Positions 23,672 through 25,683 of a DNA stretch of 25,683 nucleotides are shown here, piece after piece (the stretch's first letter is position 1; each line of letters begins with the position of its first letter). The stretch lies in the NCBI GenBank assembly GCA_020057405.1, contig JAGVFW010000017.1:1-25683 (forward strand), written 5' to 3'. The notes under the pieces were generated by a model, which saw only the letters and a program-made list of their open reading frames with translations, was not told the origin of the DNA and made no database searches. The position numbers and the translations under genes are program-made. The DNA is from an archaeon (GTDB taxonomy: Archaea; Micrarchaeota; Micrarchaeia; Norongarragalinales; UBA97).

Positions 23672-25260
23672 AGTGGCTTGGCAACGTAGGCGCCTTCACG
23701 GGCGTACCCGCGCTTGTAGTAGTACTCGCGAACCCCGACGCCGCTGGTCACGAGGACTTTGCCGCAGTCCCATTCCTCTTTCGCAATGCGCTCGGCTTCC
23801 AGAAGCAGCCGCTTGCCGTAACCGTGGTGCTGCTCGGCCCCGATAAGCTTTTCGCCAACGGCAACGTGCTCGCCGTAAACGCGCAGCTCTCGCACGCCCG
23901 CGGTTGTCGAGTCAATCTCATTTCGGAAAACATTGTCCGCATTCGGCAGCCTGAGGCGCAGGAATCCGACGAGCAAGTCATTCGTCACATCTTCATAGCT
24001 CAGGAAAACTTCCATTCCCTTGCTTGCCTCATAATCGAGCCGCTTGAGTTCCACTGCCCCCTCATCGACTTTCTTGCCGAACTTGAGCTCGCTTATTCCC
24101 GCCTGCCGGCACCGAATGCACCTGCACTTGATTTCCTTCTCGATGCACTTTGCCGCGACGTACTCGCGCAGGTTTAGGTTCTTTACCCCTCCTGCAATCT
24201 GGTGGGTTGGAATGTCCCTGTCAACGCGCATGATGCGCACGTAATCCGGCACGTACCTCTTGCACTCGGCAATCACTTCGGCAGCAACAGCCGTGTCGTA
24301 GGGCGTAAACTCGCCCCTTTGCCACATATCGTGCAGCTCCGTTCCCGCAATGACGAGGGTGGGGTAAATCTTGAGCATGTCGGGCCGGAATTCCGGCTCG
24401 TCAAACAAGCGCCTGAACATTGCCACATCCTCCTGCGGGCTCGAAAAGAGCCCCGGCATGAAATGGTAGCACACTTTTAGGAAAGAATCCTTGCAGTTTG
24501 CAGTTGCTGCGACAGTTGCAGACACGCCATGGCCCCTGCGCACCTTGTGGAGCTTCTCGTCGCTCAAGCTCTGCACGCCAAGCTCGATGCGGGTTGCGCC
24601 CCACTCGAGAAGTTGGCTCACCTGTGCAGGCGACGCGCAGTCGGGCCTCGTCTCAAAAGTCAGGGCCACCATCCGGTGGGGAGCAGTTTCGTTTTGCCGG
24701 ATGGCTTGCTCGAGCGAATCGCTTTTTTGTTCGTTGAACGCATCGTAGAGCCCCTTCAAAAACTCGCGCTGGTACTCAAGCGGCTGGACGTTGAACGTGC
24801 CGCCCATCACGATTGCCTCGCACTTGCTCGTCTCGTGGCCATTGTCGCCAAACTGCCGCAGGCGCGCGGCCGCCTGGCGGAACGCGTCAAACTCGTTTTG
24901 CCTTGCCCGAAGGGCCGCAGGCTCGTGGCCAGTGTAGCTTTTTGCCGCAATGTCGCTAGTTGGGCAGTACGCGCAATTATAGGGGCAGCTGACCGGCCGG
25001 ATCATGACTGCGACAACGGCAACGCCGCTCTTGCTGCGAACTGATCCTTTGCGCAATGCCGGCACGAGCTCGTGCATTCCAAGCGCTTTGGCCGCAGCAA
25101 TGAGGTCGTCATTGCCAACCACCTGCGCAAGGCCGTAGGCCGACGCGTGCTTCTTCTTAAGGGCTTCAATCTCATTCCTTCCGATTTTAGGCATAAGCGC
25201 AAGTTCGCGAATGCAATCTAGGGCCGCTGAATTTTTGGCGTTTACGACTGTAATCTGCAT
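23668..25260 (-). CDS. elp3: tRNA uridine(34) acetyltransferase Elp3 (radical SAM + GNAT)
   Basis: SGVAVVAVM, CPYNCAYCP, KSYTGHEPA, MGGTF, ETRPD, ELGVQS, PDMLKIYPTLV, RELRVYG, QHHGYGKRLL, SGVGVREYY. Confidence 0.97.
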   Translation of the reverse strand: MQITVVNAKNSAALDCIRELALMPKIGRNEIEALKKKHASAYGLAQVVGNDDLIAAAKALGMHELVPALRKGSVRSKSGVAVVAVMIRPVSCPYNCAYCPTSDIAAKSYTGHEPAALRARQNEFDAFRQAAARLRQFGDNGHETSKCEAIVMGGTFNVQPLEYQREFLKGLYDAFNEQKSDSLEQAIRQNETAPHRMVALTFETRPDCASPAQVSQLLEWGATRIELGVQSLSDEKLHKVRRGHGVSATVAATANCKDSFLKVCYHFMPGLFSSPQEDVAMFRRLFDEPEFRPDMLKIYPTLVIAGTELHDMWQRGEFTPYDTAVAAEVIAECKRYVPDYVRIMRVDRDIPTHQIAGGVKNLNLREYVAAKCIEKEIKCRCIRCRQAGISELKFGKKVDEGAVELKRLDYEASKGMEVFLSYEDVTNDLLVGFLRLRLPNADNVFRNEIDSTTAGVRELRVYGEHVAVGEKLIGAEQHHGYGKRLLLEAERIAKEEWDCGKVLVTSGVGVREYYYKRGYAREGAYVAKPL

Positions 25261-25301
25261 AATAGTATTAGGGGAAAGAAAGGGCTATTAATCCGGTAAA
25301 C

Positions 25302-25683
25302 TTAGCTCTGGAAAATGCCGCTGGCGAAGGCGAGGACCGCGTACGCCAGCTGCTCGGCGCCGGGGAAAAGCAGCACGCCCCTTGAGGCCGCCTTCAAGTC
25401 GGTCAAGAGTGAAGTGCCGACGAAGAGCGTCGTCGCAGCCATTGACTTGATGCGGTTGCTTGAGAGCGATGTTCCGGTAAACTCGAGGCGGAACTCGCCG
25501 GTTTCGGGAGCCTTGACTGGAAAGTCGAATGTTATTTTCGAGTTGTGCGGCACGAAGAAAGTCTGGCTTGCCTCGAGTTCCTTTGGCAGCCCCGTGACCT
25601 TGACTTCAAACACATCGCTCGCGCTGCCCTTGTTCTCAAGCTCAAGCTGGTAGACTGCGGTGGAGCGTGACGGCACTTTAACC
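25302..25683 (-). CDS. 3' part of a surface protein with Ig-like domain and hydrophobic C-terminus (partial)
   Basis: Frame is open to the window edge. YQLELENKGSASDVFEV...FPVKAPETGEF beta-sandwich pattern, then a hydrophobic tail. Confidence 0.7.
   Translation of the reverse strand, partial: VKVPSRSTAVYQLELENKGSASDVFEVKVTGLPKELEASQTFFVPHNSKITFDFPVKAPETGEFRLEFTGTSLSSNRIKSMAATTLFVGTSLLTDLKAASRGVLLFPGAEQLAYAVLAFASGIFQS

Noticed and set aside
1-25683. CRISPR arrays, IS elements, provirus, tRNA or rRNA genes
   Set aside because: No regularly spaced repeats, transposase/integrase/capsid motifs or cloverleaf signatures were seen by eye, and most intergenic gaps are too short.

Overview
Archaeal chromosomal window. 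GatD/GatE, Pth2, NurA, pelota, Elp3, class III signal pilins and TATA boxes about 25 nt upstream of mostly leaderless starts all point to an archaeon; a DPANN/Micrarchaeota-like origin is inference only. It holds housekeeping genes (pth2, nurA, gatB, pelota, lrp-gatD-purH-gatE, elp3) and a minus-strand type IV pilus locus: ATPase, two TadB/C-like platform proteins, an A24 prepilin peptidase and nine pilin-like genes, one absent from the ORF track and one only 34 aa, with a bcp peroxiredoxin inserted. The most unusual elements are (1) an intact, divergent bacterial-type sigma-70 family gene (4691-5776) with an archaeal TATA-like promoter, (2) a candidate stand-alone structured RNA of about 120 nt (6610-6729) with its own TATA box, (3) a structured leader with a possible anti-SD switch before a small zinc-finger gene (23384-23482), and (4) a D-2-hydroxyacid dehydrogenase homolog lacking its catalytic Arg and His. 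No rRNA, tRNA, CRISPR array or transposase was recognised. All calls come from reading motifs by eye; no searches or folding programs were run.
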